This document shows, piece by piece, positions 1 through 12,051 of a stretch of DNA of 64,000 bases (position 1 is the first letter of the stretch; every line of letters starts with the position of its first letter). The notes beneath the pieces were generated by a model, which had not been told where the DNA came from, searched no databases, and saw nothing but the letters and a program-made list of their open reading frames with translations. The stretch is from Calditrichia bacterium. GTDB taxonomy: Bacteria > Calditrichota > Calditrichia > JAJRVZ01. A program made the position numbers and the translations under genes. Location of the stretch: NCBI GenBank assembly GCA_963796965.1, contig CAWCNS010000004.1:320001-384000 (forward strand), read 5' to 3'.

Positions 1-2
1 TG

Positions 3-1157
3 GGAGGAGTTGACAAGAAAACCCTGAACGAAATTCCCCTCTTCAAACAAAATGCAGAAATCATTAGACAATATGAGGAGTTAAGACATCTGAATTATTT
101 TAATGATTCTGTCCGTTACCTTCTCCGCCAGCCAGGAAAAGAGTTTACCTTATTTCAAGAAGAAAAGGGAGGGTGGAATTTCAAGCCAATAGCTTATCAA
201 AAACATAAAGTTGCCGGACTCAATCACTCTTCTGCACGTTGGACTGTAAATAATGAATTTAATAAGCAACCTGTAAAGCTTAGAATAGAATTGTTAATGT
301 CGGCAAAACCCTTTGATGATCCTTCAAATATTGTTCTAACTGATTTTTCAAAGCCATCTGAGTTTATAAATAAATCAAGTGCAAAAGGTGTATCCGGTGA
401 AATAATCATATCAAAGGAAAAAACAAAAAATGGCGCGCCAAGCGTCATATTCACAGCACAAAGTACCGGTGAATCTGCAAAAGATGGTTCATATATCAAT
501 ATGGAAAAGAACTTTAGCCCATTGCTTAATCTTAATAAAAATCAGGCGCTCGGAGTCTGGATCAAGGGAGATGGTAACGGGCAAATATTGAATTTGAGCA
601 TTAGGAGTCCATTAAATATTTCCTTTGGTGCGCATGGGGATCACTTTGTCAAAATTGATTTCACAGGATGGAAGTATTTTGAATTAGTCGAAATAGAATC
701 TTCAGAAATAAGCAATTATTTCTGGCCTGATGATTCACATTTCTTTGTCTATGACTCTTACAGGCATACCGTTCAGTTCGAAAGCGTTGAAAAGTTGCAA
801 CTGTGGTATAATAATTTACCACAAGGGAAAGAAGTCGGCACCTTGGTGGGACCAATTAAGGCGATAGAAATGGTTTCTGGAAATATCGAAAATCCATCCA
901 TCATGATAGGAGGAGAAAAGGTTGTATTTCCAGTCAGGATGAAATCGGGTATGTACCTCGAATTTCGAGCTGCTGATGAGTGCAAATTGTACGGCTCCAA
1001 GGGGGAATTACTCAAGGAGGTAACACCGGTGGGAAAGATCCCTCACTTAGCAAAAGGTAATAATGAAATCTCATTTTCAGGCATGGGATCAGAGCAAATA
1101 AATACGCGTGTGCAAGTTACTGTCATCAGCGAGGGTGATCCTCTTGATATAAAATGA
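3..1157 (+). CDS. Hypothetical protein, 5'-truncated by the window edge; beta-sandwich/carbohydrate-binding-like C-terminus
   Basis: The frame of ORF 291..1157 stays open back to position 3 (GGVDKKTLNEIPLF...). Segments such as 'LGVWIKGDGNG' and 'IDFTGWKYFEL' resemble galactose-binding-like domains. Confidence 0.6.
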   Translation, partial: GGVDKKTLNEIPLFKQNAEIIRQYEELRHLNYFNDSVRYLLRQPGKEFTLFQEEKGGWNFKPIAYQKHKVAGLNHSSARWTVNNEFNKQPVKLRIELLMSAKPFDDPSNIVLTDFSKPSEFINKSSAKGVSGEIIISKEKTKNGAPSVIFTAQSTGESAKDGSYINMEKNFSPLLNLNKNQALGVWIKGDGNGQILNLSIRSPLNISFGAHGDHFVKIDFTGWKYFELVEIESSEISNYFWPDDSHFFVYDSYRHTVQFESVEKLQLWYNNLPQGKEVGTLVGPIKAIEMVSGNIENPSIMIGGEKVVFPVRMKSGMYLEFRAADECKLYGSKGELLKEVTPVGKIPHLAKGNNEISFSGMGSEQINTRVQVTVISEGDPLDIK

Positions 1158-1253
1158 ATGTAAGTTAATTGAAATAAATTAAGACTATTTAAAAGTAAGT
1201 TTATCCTGTTAAACCAACTCAGTGATGCCTTTTTGGGATAGTATTTTACAGTT

Positions 1254-2248
1254 ATGAAAGAATTAAAACGAAACGACGACGACCGGTTTATCTATGACAA
1301 TGAAATTGGCCCCCATTTGCCTGATCGGATATTTGATGCTCATTGCCACCTGTTGAATACAGAATTTCATGATTACAATCACAGTTCTGATACAAGTGAT
1401 CCGACCACTTTTTCTATAATGCAGGAATAGATGATTTACAGGCTAGCTGGAAAGTTTTGTTTCCTGACTCAAGTGTCCACGGATTAATTATGGGTACACC
1501 TTTATACGACTGTGATCTGGAGTCAGAAAACACATTCGTAGCTGAGAGTATTCGTAATAAAAGAGATCGTTTCTCTATGATGGTTAAGCCACAAATGTCT
1601 ATTCAAAAACTGGAAAGTATGATCAATACATACACTCCTTCAGGTTTGAAACCGTATCTTGTCCATGCCTTGATTTCCGACAAGCAAAATGCGAGAATAA
1701 CCGATTTTATCACTGAAGAACAATTACACCTTGCAGATAATTATGGACTTTGTATCACGCTCCATGTATCAAAACCACAGGGAATGGCAGATCAGGAAAA
1801 TTTACAAGATATTTCCAGACTGATAAATCAATATCCAAAAGTACAATTTATACTTGCCCATTGTGGACGTTGTTTTATCGCGCCCAATATGGCTACCGCT
1901 TTGGACGTACTACCCGTAGCAGAAAACCTATGGATTGATACTTCAGCCGTATGTGATATGGGTGTTTTTATGGAGCTGTTTTCACGATATGATCTTTCCC
2001 GTATCCTCTTTGGATCTGATTTGGCTTCTGCAACGGCTTTTCGCGGAAGTTATGTCCGCCTTGGCAGGAGCTGGCATATTGTGACACCACAGTTAATTGC
2101 CCGTGAGGGAGGATTGGAAAGCAGGGCTACTTTTGCCATATATGAAAATCTAAGTGCACTTTTTCAAGCGGCCCGTTTTTGTAATGTCAGTGAGAGTGAT
2201 ATTCAAAATATTTTTTACAACAATTCGGCACGTCTGTTCAAACTATAA
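1254..2248 (+). CDS. Amidohydrolase family protein (Amidohydro_2-like), frameshifted near 1420
   Basis: ATG 1254 gives ...IFDAHCHL (DxHxH metal motif). ORF 1457..2248 supplies ILAHCG, IDTSA and ILFGSD. Confidence 0.8.
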
Positions 2249-2271
2249 TCAGCTGGATTAATTTATAAAAA

Positions 2272-2400
2272 TTTCACGCAAAGGCGCTAAGACGCAAAGA
2301 AAAAATTATCAATATAGATTTAAAAAAAATTGGTTTAATTTTAAATTCCGACATTTTTTCTTATAAATAATATTTTGCGACTTGGCGTCTTTGCGTGAAA
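2272..2400. repeat. Family A palindromic element (CGCAAAG-triad arms, AT-rich spacer)
   Basis: Left arm tttcacgcaaaggcgctaagacgcaaag and right arm tttgcgacttggcgtctttgcgtgaaa are inverted. Confidence 0.9.
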
Positions 2401-2449
2401 AGAATTTCCCGGACTAATTTTTAACTGTAGCAATCAAAAACGAAAGGAA

Positions 2450-3789
2450 ATGGGAATATACCATCCTTTAATAAAAAATATACGCAATCCATCAATCTTT
2501 ACCAGCAAGCGCAAAATCTTTTTCCCTACGGCACCCAACTGTTCAGCCGTCGGCCAGAATTGGGTGCCTTTGGCCAGGCACCTATCTATTTTGAACGTAT
2601 GAAAGATGCCCACTTTTGGGATGTTGATGGCAACGAGTTTATTGATACTGCTATGGGTGTTGGGCCGGTGATTTTAGGCTATTGTTATGATAAAGTGGAT
2701 AATGCTGTAAAGAAGCAAATTGATAGAGGGGTGCTTGGTAGCATCAATAATGCCCTTGAGATTGAAGTAGCTGAAACTATTATTGATATGGTGCCATGTG
2801 CTGAGATGGTCAGATTTTGTAAGAGTGGTGGCGAGGCTGATGCGATTGCGGTACGTATCGCGCGTGGATATACGGGTAAAGAAAAGGTTCTCTTTTGTGG
2901 ATACCATGGATGGCACGATTGGTATTTGGCAGCAAATCTGCTATCCGGTTCATCACTTGACCCACATCTATTGCCCGGTCTGAATCCGAAAGGTGTACCC
3001 CCATCTTTATCGGGCACATGTTTTCCTTTTGAATACAATAATCTGGATCAACTCAGATTATTGTTAAAGAAAAATGCCGGGAATGTTGCTTGTATTATTA
3101 TGGAAGCAACCCGCTTTAAAAGACCTGAAAAAGGATTTCTTGAAGGGGTGCGTCAACTGGCCGATGAACACCAATGTTTGCTTATTTTTGATGAAGTCAT
3201 TACCGGTTTTCGAATGGCAAAAGGTGGTGCCCAGGAATATTTCAATGTAATGCCTGATCTGGCCACATTTGCCAAAGCCATTGCCAATGGCTATTCGCTT
3301 GGAGCAGTTGTTGGACGAAAAAAAATCATGGAAACCCAGGCAGATAACTTTATAAGTAGCACCTACTGGAGCGATTGCACAGCGCTAGCAGCCGGATTAG
3401 CCACATTAAGTGAAATAAAGAATAAACCTGTCATTGAGACAATTAATAAGATCGGCCGGGGACTCGTTTCCAATCTGGAAGTATTGGCAGAAAAACACAG
3501 CATAAATGTGAAGATATGCGGCCATGGATTTGATTTCACTCTGAGTTTTGAATATGGCGAACTTACCGGAAAAATCATGACCTTGTTTATTCAGGAGATG
3601 GTTGCACGTGGGATTTACACCAATGGTGTATTCTATCCGTGTTATACGCATACGGAAGAAGATATCGCAAAAATCCTGTCAGCAACGGATGAGGTTTTCA
3701 CATTTTTAAAACATGGAATAGAAAAGAATGGGATCGATCAATTATTAAAATGTCCCGAACGACAAACCGGATTTAAGCGGTTAACCTAA
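2450..3789 (+). CDS. Class III PLP aminotransferase (glutamate-1-semialdehyde aminomutase-like)
   Basis: WDVDGNEFID, FCKSGGEA, GYHGWHDW, LIFDEVITGFR and FAKAIANG. The frame is open from 2452; ATG 2450 follows aaagga and needs a 1-nt correction. Confidence 0.88.
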
Positions 3790-3843
3790 TTTTAAATTGC
3801 CACTTGCTTCGCTCTTTTTAGACAGGATCTACAGGATAACATT

Positions 3844-4800
3844 ATGAATAAAAGATTATTAGGCCGAACCGGCATCCATGTGTCGGAAATAGGTTTTGGA
3901 GGCGTTGAAATTGGTCTTCCTTATGGGATTGGTGTAAAAAGTAAAGCCGACATGCTCAATGAACCGGAAGCTATTCGCTTGTTGCATTCGGCTAACGACG
4001 GTGGTATTAATTTTTTTGATACGGCACGGATGTATGGTGCCAGCGAATCGATTATGGGGCAAGCTTTTCAGGACAGGAGGGAGCACGTTGTCATCTGTAC
4101 CAAATGCCGGCATTTACGCGATAAACTTGGAGCATTACCTCCTTCAGGCAAATTGAAAGAGATTATTGAAAGATCATTACAGGAAAGTCTTACAGCGCTG
4201 CAAACCAAATTCATTGATATTTATATGCTCCATCAGGCCGATCTTGAGATTCTTGGCAATGATATGGTAGCAGATATATTTTTAAATTTCAAAAAAAATG
4301 GTGTGATTCGGGCAACAGGTGTCTCAACTTATACTGTTGGAGAAACGAAAAAGGCCATTGACAGCGGTGTATGGGATGTCATTCAGGTTCCGTTCAACCT
4401 GATGGATCAATCTCATGAAACAAACTTTTTTATGGCAGCGAAGCGTGGTGTTGGCATCATGGTTCGTTCTGTCCTGTTCAAGGGTATATTGAGTGAAAAG
4501 GGCAGGAACCTGCACCCAGCATTGGAAGACGTTGAAGCACACCTCAAATATTATGATGATTTGCTGCGTGAATCTATCCCGGATCTGCCGACGTTAGCAA
4601 CTAAATTCGCTTTATCTTTTGAGCAAGTCTCCTCGGTACTTATCGGTATCGACCGGATGGCATATTTGCAGAAAACATTGGCTGCAACCGACGGTGTTTA
4701 TCTGGATAAAAAGACAATGGCGCGGGCAAGAAAGTTGTTTTACCCAGATCCGCAATTTCTTGATCTGGTTAAATGGGATAGAATGGGGTGGTTGACATAA
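3844..4800 (+). CDS. Aldo/keto reductase
   Basis: LGRTGIHVSEIGFG, INFFDTARMYG, SLTALQTKFIDIYMLH, QVPFNLMD. Confidence 0.9.
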   Translation: MNKRLLGRTGIHVSEIGFGGVEIGLPYGIGVKSKADMLNEPEAIRLLHSANDGGINFFDTARMYGASESIMGQAFQDRREHVVICTKCRHLRDKLGALPPSGKLKEIIERSLQESLTALQTKFIDIYMLHQADLEILGNDMVADIFLNFKKNGVIRATGVSTYTVGETKKAIDSGVWDVIQVPFNLMDQSHETNFFMAAKRGVGIMVRSVLFKGILSEKGRNLHPALEDVEAHLKYYDDLLRESIPDLPTLATKFALSFEQVSSVLIGIDRMAYLQKTLAATDGVYLDKKTMARARKLFYPDPQFLDLVKWDRMGWLT

Positions 4801-4866
4801 AAATTGCCCTAACAGAACTAATAATATGTCAGTTAAATTTTAAATTAAATAATAAAAAGGTGTAAA

Positions 4867-6105
4867 ATGTTAATATTCCGTGTACTTAGTTTGGCTTTTA
4901 TTATTGGTGCTCAGGGTATGGATCTGGGTTTATCTCAACTCAAAGCAGAAGAAAAAGTACAAAGTTCAATGATAGAAGTTACGGATGAACATCGATCTTC
5001 TGGAAATAGTATCCCAAGCGTTCATAAAATAAAAGAGATTATAATTTATAAGGATTCCGCATTCTATGCGTCTTTCCCGTCAGTAATAAAACGGCCGAAT
5101 GGAGAAATATTAGTTGCGTTCCGGCGTGCACCAGATCGCAAAATATTTGGTGAAAAAGTTACAAGTCATGTCGATCCGAACAGCTACCTGGTGATGGTGC
5201 GATCAAGCGATAATGGAGAAACATGGACAAAAGAACCAGAATTGATCTATTCCAACCCTTTTGGCGGTTCGCAAGATCCTTGTTTATTGCAATTGCATGA
5301 CGGAACGTTACTTTGCACAAGTTACGGCTGGGCCTTTGTTCGTCCCGATGGTTTACCTAATTTGAAACAGCCCTATTTTGAAGCTGGTGGCGCCATTTTT
5401 CTGGGCGGGTACCTGGTACGCTCAACCAATGGTGGTAAAACATGGCAGGATGTTATATATCCTCCGCATATAAAACCAGAAATAAACTACAATGCCTGCG
5501 GTACGCCTGTACCTGCATATAACAGGGGGGCGTTGTACGAGGCTAAAGATGGTCGGATTTTATGGATTGTTGCGGCGAGTGATAATGTTAAAAAAACTTC
5601 CAACCATTTAATCATTTCAAAAGATAAAGGGTTAACCTGGGAGTATGTTGCTCCGGTAGCCGTTGATGGGAAAGTATCATTTAATGAGGCATCAGTAATT
5701 GAAACGCCTAAAGGAGATATTGTAGGTTTTTTAAGAACGGCTAAATTTGAGGACCAGGCTGTAATCTCCCGCTCAACGGATGGGGGAAGAACTTTTAATT
5801 GGGAATCAATGGGTTTCCAGGGGCATCCTTTAAACGCCTTACGTTTACCAGACAACAGAGTGTTGCTTACCTATGGTTATCGTCATAAGCCTTTTGGGAT
5901 ACGTGCTCGTATTCTTAATTCAGAATGTACGGATTTTACAACAGCTCCGGAGATAGTACTTCGCGATGATGGTGACAATGGAGACATAGGCTATACTTGG
6001 GCAGTGCAGCTTCATGATAACCGCGTTTTAGTAATTTACTATTTTAATCAAGAAAATGGTACACGATATATCGCTGGTACTATTATAGAAATTAATAGCA
6101 AATAG
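4867..6105 (+). CDS. Secreted sialidase-family (BNR/Asp-box) protein
   Basis: Signal-like N-terminus. Asp boxes SSDNGETW, STNGGKTW, SKDKGLTW, STDGGRTF. Confidence 0.85.
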   Translation: MLIFRVLSLAFIIGAQGMDLGLSQLKAEEKVQSSMIEVTDEHRSSGNSIPSVHKIKEIIIYKDSAFYASFPSVIKRPNGEILVAFRRAPDRKIFGEKVTSHVDPNSYLVMVRSSDNGETWTKEPELIYSNPFGGSQDPCLLQLHDGTLLCTSYGWAFVRPDGLPNLKQPYFEAGGAIFLGGYLVRSTNGGKTWQDVIYPPHIKPEINYNACGTPVPAYNRGALYEAKDGRILWIVAASDNVKKTSNHLIISKDKGLTWEYVAPVAVDGKVSFNEASVIETPKGDIVGFLRTAKFEDQAVISRSTDGGRTFNWESMGFQGHPLNALRLPDNRVLLTYGYRHKPFGIRARILNSECTDFTTAPEIVLRDDGDNGDIGYTWAVQLHDNRVLVIYYFNQENGTRYIAGTIIEINSK

Positions 6106-6193
6106 AAAAAATGAGCAATACGGCTATCAGCATCCGGATAATTGCCTCCAAAGATGGACAGAATAAATTAAAGCTAAATAAGATAATAATATT

Positions 6194-7697
6194 ATGATAA
6201 ATCCACATGATAATCACATCAAAATTTTATTAATAACAGGTTTTATCGTAATGATCTTAGCAGCTGTGATTAACATGACCGGTTGCAAAGATAAAATACA
6301 GACAGACCTCACCACGAACATCTCGGCCAACTGGCAGCTTTTTATTGATGAATATTGGATTGCCAGTAGTACCAATGTAACACTGACTATGCACCAGCCG
6401 GAGAAACATCACGATAACCCACTAATTCGCGGTGATGTCCCCTGGGAGCAAGCCCCATACTGCTTTGGTACCGTCATTTATGATGATGAAGAAGCGGTTT
6501 TTAAAATATGGTATCAGAGTCTATAATTATGGTCAGCCTGTGGCAAAGCGGACACCCATTCTTTATGCCACCAGCTCTAACGGAATTCATTGGACACGGC
6601 CTAACCTTAGGATAATTGAATTTCAGGGTTCAAAGGATAATAATATAATTCTCCAAAACTACGGATATCACGATCTCTACTCTCCCAGTGTTATTAAAGA
6701 TCTTGCCGATCCAGATCCCAATCGACGATATAAAATGATTTGGTGGGATTTCCCCTTAGGAGACACGGGTTACCAGGACGATGGGATGTGCGTCGCTTTC
6801 TCACCGGACGGTGTTCATTGGAATAAATATCTAGGAAATCCTGTCCTTCATGCGGAGAAAGGTGAGAAATCGATCAGTGATGTTATGTCAGTTATGCAGG
6901 ATCAGCGAACGGGAAAATTTGTTGCCTATACCAAAGGTTGGGCCGATCCCTGGCCGGCGTTCAGGCAAATTGTACGTACCGAAAGCAATGATTTTATACA
7001 GTGGTCAGATCCAGAGGTTGTGATTCGTCATAAACACACTATTCAGGATCCACAATCCTATGGAATGACGGTAGCGCAGATCGGAAACTTATTTGTTGGT
7101 TTGATGTGTTCTTATAAAAATCCAGGTGATGAAACCATCAATATCCAACTTGCTGTCAGCCATGATAACCATCACTGGACTCGTGTCGGAAATCAGAAAA
7201 CGTTTATCCCCAACGGACCGTCAGATAGTTGGGATAGCGGTATGATCTTTACTGCACCGCTGATCAATCATGGTGATCAAACCCTGATTTATTATGGCGG
7301 CTGGGATGGTCCCCATAACCTTAAAAATCGCAATAGCGGAATTGGCCTGGCTATGATGCGCAAAAATAGATTTGTCTCGCTTAATGCAGGAGCAGATTTC
7401 GGAATAGTCACAACCCATACCATGAGCAAAATACATGGACCTTTGCTTGTCAATGCAGATGCAAGAGGTGGATTACTGCTTGCTGAATTGTTAGATTCAG
7501 AGGGTAACCCGATTCCTGGTTACACGTCAAGTGAGTGTATCCCGATGCAAAGTGATGGCCTGAAAGAACCCATACGGTGGCAAAAATATTCCGAACTACC
7601 AGATACGGAAAAAGGGATTCGCTTCCGTTTTTTGATAAAAAAGGCTTCCCTGTTCGGCTTTTATGGCGGGCCGGACCTCATCCGTGATAATGATTAG
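6194..7697 (+). CDS. Lipoprotein with GH32/GH43-like beta-propeller, frameshifted near 6520
   Basis: ORFs 6194..6526 and 6432..7697 join. Lipobox-like MTGC. Repeated S.DG.HW motifs. Same family as the C-terminal part of 32538..34922. Confidence 0.7.
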
Positions 7698-7818
7698 GCT
7701 GATTCATTTATCCTCCCAAGTCTGGGAGTTCATACTATGCTGCTAAAAAGTGTTTACAATTTCCATTTGTATATAAATTTATTCAAATTAATTGTGACAA
7801 CTGTTATGATTTAATCGA

Positions 7819-7998
7819 AAACCACAGAGGCCCCGGAGAAATACAAGGAGAGTCATATTATAAGAGATCACAGAGGGGAGATAATGAGAAACGGTATTAA
7901 CTCAAGTAAAATTAATAGATTGCTCCGTGTCCTCTCTGCCTGCCCCGTAAAGTCTGACGGAGTCAGATTTTGTACGGGGTGGCTATTTTTTACACTAC
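7819..7998 (+). mobile_element. Family B element: internally deleted derivative of the GxxExxY element, carrying a 41-bp hairpin insert
   Basis: Left arm aaaccacagaggccccggagaaatac, then agg aga gtc ata tta taa (RRVIL*, the GxxExxY C-terminus), then the same spacer and right arm as 14813-14885 plus 16593-16615. Confidence 0.85.
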
Positions 7999-8022
7999 GA
8001 TGAACGGATAAAGGAGATATAG

Positions 8023-10597
8023 ATGAAAAAATCAATACCACACAAATTCTTGATAGGATTATTTTTAGTCCTATCAAGTAGTACTTTAATGCACTGTTCA
8101 CAAAAAGAGAAGTCACAAATTTCAGAAGAAGAATGGGCCTCTCTCCCTTCAGATGGACCTTACGTATCCTCTTTTGAACGTATCATTTGCAGCTCTCAGG
8201 CAACAAAATCTGAAATATATGCAGCACGTGAATTTCAAAGACTTTTTAAAGAGTTTACAGGAACAGAATTGGCCATTGATAGAACAGCTCCACAAGGTGA
8301 CAATATCATTTTAATAGGCCCGGATGCAAATGCTGCCTCAGGGATGCAGATGAACCTGGATGAATTGGGCGAGGAAGGATATCATATTGATGTTACCGAT
8401 GATAAGTTGGCAATTTATGGTGGTCGCCCTCGTGGTACACTTTATGGTGTCTATGACTTTTTCGAGCAATATTGTGGTGTACGTTTCCTAACTCATGATC
8501 ACACTTTTTATCCAGAGGATGGAAAAGATAAGGACTTTAGAATTAAAGGGCGTAACTTTAGCTATGTACCTCCATTTGCTTTCCGTTGGTCCTATTATGG
8601 TGAAACGAACCGCAATCCCGCCTTTGCTGCACAATTACGTACCAATACGGTTGCCGGTGCAGAAGAATTTGGTGGAATTACGGGATATAAGTTAGTAGGC
8701 CATAATGTGGCTTATCTTGTTCCGCCTGCTATCTACGGTAAGGAACATCCGGAATATTATGCTTTGGTGAATGGGCGGCGCGTGTTGGATATGCATGGCG
8801 GTGGGCCGCAGTTGTGTATGACAAATCCGGAAGTGCTTGAAATTGTTGTAAAGGCTACGCTCGATGCTATTGAGAAAAATCCGACGATTAAAAATTTCAA
8901 TGTCGCTCATATGGATAATGGCAGCTATTGCACCTGTGAAAATTGTGCGGCCGTTGATGCACGTGAAGAATCTCATGCGGGTGCGACGCTTTCTTTTGTT
9001 AATGCCGTTGCAGAACAAATCGAAAAGATCCATCCCGAAGTATTGATCGGTACCTATGCGTACCAATACACCCGCAAACCTCCTAAAACTTTCCGCGCAC
9101 GAGATAATGTGTTGATTCAGCTTTGCAGTATTGAATGTTGTGACTTTCATGCTATTGATGATCCTTATTGTCCTCTGAACAAAGAATTCTGTGAAGATAT
9201 GGATGGATGGAAGGAGAAGGCTGAGAATATTTTTATCTGGCATTACAACACGAATTTCAGGGGCTATCTGCTTCCTTTTCCGAATTTGCGTAGTATCGGG
9301 AAAAGTGTTGAATATTTTGCCAATAACAATGGACGTGGTGTATTTATGCAGGCAGCCGGGAACGGTTTTTCTACGGAATTGAGTGATCTTCGCAACTATG
9401 TGATGTCACGTTGTCTGTGGCGGCCGGGCCGGGACAGTTGGCAGGAGGCAATAAATTTTTGCCGCATGCATTATGCTGAATCTGCCCAGCCGATTATCGA
9501 TTACCTGACCTATTATCACGACCTCGTTGATCAACAGGGTCGGCATCCCGGTTGTTTTCCCACCGAAGCCTCCCTATGTCTCAATCCTGAATCAGTGAAG
9601 CGGATTGATGAATATTTTGTTGAGGCGTTAGCTTTAGCCCAATCTGAAGAAATACGTTCCCGGGTTGAAAAAGCATCGCTCTGTGCCTATCGGGCCATGC
9701 TCAGTGTCGCAACAATGGATCTTGAGTATAAGAATGGTGTCTGTAAACCTTATCTGGAAGGTGTTGATGTTGACTTACTGGAGCGTTATGCAGAATTATG
9801 CGCGATGTATCAGGTGAGCATGGAAAATGAGCGGATAGGAATTAATACGTATTTGTCTAATATGCGTAAACTTTACACCGGTATGCCTGCGGTCCGTCTG
9901 GAGAATGACACCTGGCGGGTGCTCATCTTACCGGAAAGCAATGCAAAGTTGGTTGAGATGACCTATAAACCGACTGGTCGTGATGTGACTCAACCTACCC
10001 GCGCTCTTGATCGATTTCGTTATGAAGAATGGGTGAGGCAGGGCGATGGTCCAAAAGCTGATGGAATTATGGCCTATACAGTTCTTGAGAAGGGTGCTAC
10101 AAAAGTAGTGGTAGGAGTTAAAGCAAAAGATGGCGCCTGGATTGAGCGTACGATTAGCCTCGTAGACAGGGCTATTAATTTTAAGACGGTATTAAAAGCG
10201 AAGAAAGCACGTGCCTTCGACTTTCTTGTACATCCCGAATATAATGCAGGCTCAGGCTCAGCGGATCCGGAAGAGGTGGGTATTTATGCAAGAGCTGCGG
10301 AATGGCTGCATGCCAATCAGGGTTGGGTGAGAGCAAAACCGTCAGAAAAGCAGGGTAAGATGATCAAAGAAGGACTTAAGGGTGGTGCCTATGCCTACTT
10401 TAATCATAAGGCGGGTTTTGGTGTGGAACAGCGCTTTGAACCAGGCGCTTTCGAAGATCTTACGCTTTACTGGAGCCCTGAACGGATGCAGATCAATCTG
10501 GAAATGATCTCTACTGTTAAAAATCTTAAAGCGGGGGAAGAGGCTTCTTACAGTCTATGATGTGTATTATCTGGACAAAACACCAACCACACGCTAA
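8023..10597 (+). CDS. DUF4838-like secreted protein with GH20/GH67-type N-terminal domain
   Basis: EEGYHI, PRGTLYGVYDFFE, HPEYYAL, QLCMTNP, CTCENC. A probable late frameshift extends the C-terminus (VYYLDKTPTTR*) to 10597. Confidence 0.7.
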
Positions 10598-10704
10598 AAG
10601 AACACAGGACTCCTGATGGTTTCCTTTGTAGAGAGATGATGGTTTTAGCAGGATTATTTAAACATTTAAGTCAAGAAGGAAATACTTGATAATTAATGAC
10701 ATCC

Positions 10705-10878
10705 TAACCTGATCTATTCATAAGTTCCTCACGCAAAGGCGCTAAGACGCAAAGAAATAATTACTTTAAGGAAATTATTTATAGGGATTATAATTTTATC
10801 TAAAATATCTTTATAACTTATTTATAAATAATTTCTTTGCGCCTTGGCGTCTTTGCGTGAAATGAATTGATCAGGTTA
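10705..10878. repeat. Family A palindromic element with outer arms taacctgatc/gatcaggtta
   Basis: cacgcaaaggcgctaagacgcaaaga ... tctttgcgccttggcgtctttgcgtga. Inverted near-copy of 55088-55267. Confidence 0.9.
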
Positions 10879-10898
10879 ATTAGTATACAGGAGAAGAT

Positions 10899-11820
10899 AT
10901 GTTAAAAATGGGTATTATTGGCATGAGTGAAGGAAATGGCCATCCCTATTCCTGGTCGGCAATTATCAATGGTGATTTCGATAGGAAAGAGATGAGCCGT
11001 TGCGGTTATGCGGGTATTCCGCTTTATCTTGAAGCAAATAATGATACCTTAGGCATCGATGGCGCCCGGGTCACTCATGTCTGGACCCAGGATAGAAAAA
11101 TATCCGAACATATTGCCAAAGCGTCAATGATTGAAAAAGTTGTCGATAATGCCGAAGAAATGATCGGTCATATAGATGCCGTAATATTGGCGCGGGATGA
11201 TCCGGAGAATCATGTGGCCATGGCCAAACCCTTTCTGGATGCTGATATGCCTATTTTCATAGATAAACCATTGGCTATCTCCAAAAAAGACCTGGCGTAT
11301 TTTGAGGAAGAGAATGAAAAAGGTAAGTTGCTTATGTCATGTTCATCCATGCGTTATTCCGCTGAATGCCGTGCCGTTAAGACGGAAATGACATCGCTGG
11401 AAGAGATAGAATTGGCAACAGCCGTCGGTAAAAAAGACTGGGTGAAATATGGTGTTCATATGCTGGAGGCCTTATTGGCATTACTTGATGATCCTAAAGT
11501 TGTTTCAGTGCAGCATGTAGGTCAACCCGGGAAAGATATCGTGACTATCAAATTCGAAAACGGTTTACCTGCTACATTGCATCTGTTTCATGGATATTGC
11601 ACCAACTTTTCAGATTTCACTCTTTTGCAGGGATCATTGGCGACTGATAGAGATAAAAAACTCCTATTCCATGTTCAAAGAAAATCTGAGCGAATTCATC
11701 CGCTCGGTGCATGAGGGTCATTCACGATTACCTTTTGAAAAAACGGAAAATATTATCCGCACCTTAATTGGGGCCAAAGAAAGCCTGGAACAACAGGGCA
11801 GGATAATAAAATTGCATTAA
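10899..11820 (+). CDS. Gfo/Idh/MocA family oxidoreductase, frameshifted near 11590
   Basis: MGIIG Rossmann start, IFIDKPLA, YGVHMLE. Continues in ORF 11590..11820. Confidence 0.8.
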
Positions 11821-11935
11821 GTTTTTATAAACAGTATTTGCATCATAAAGGATTTTAGGAGCATTGAAAAGTGAAGCAAAGATAGGTATTATAATTGCTA
11901 TAAAGTCTGGACATGAAAAAAGGAAAACAATTATA

Positions 11936-12016
11936 AAACCACAGAGAGAATGGGTAAAGAACAATCTCTTTAAGTCAATGAATATAATATATTTACTCTG
12001 TGTGCTCTGTGGTTAT
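11936..12016. repeat. Short family B element (aaccacagag ... ctctgtgtgctctgtggtt)
   Basis: Inverted arms of the same type as the GxxExxY element ends. No insert at the core. Confidence 0.8.
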
Positions 12017-12051
12017 TCTCTAAACTAACATACAGTGGAAGAGGATTGGCA

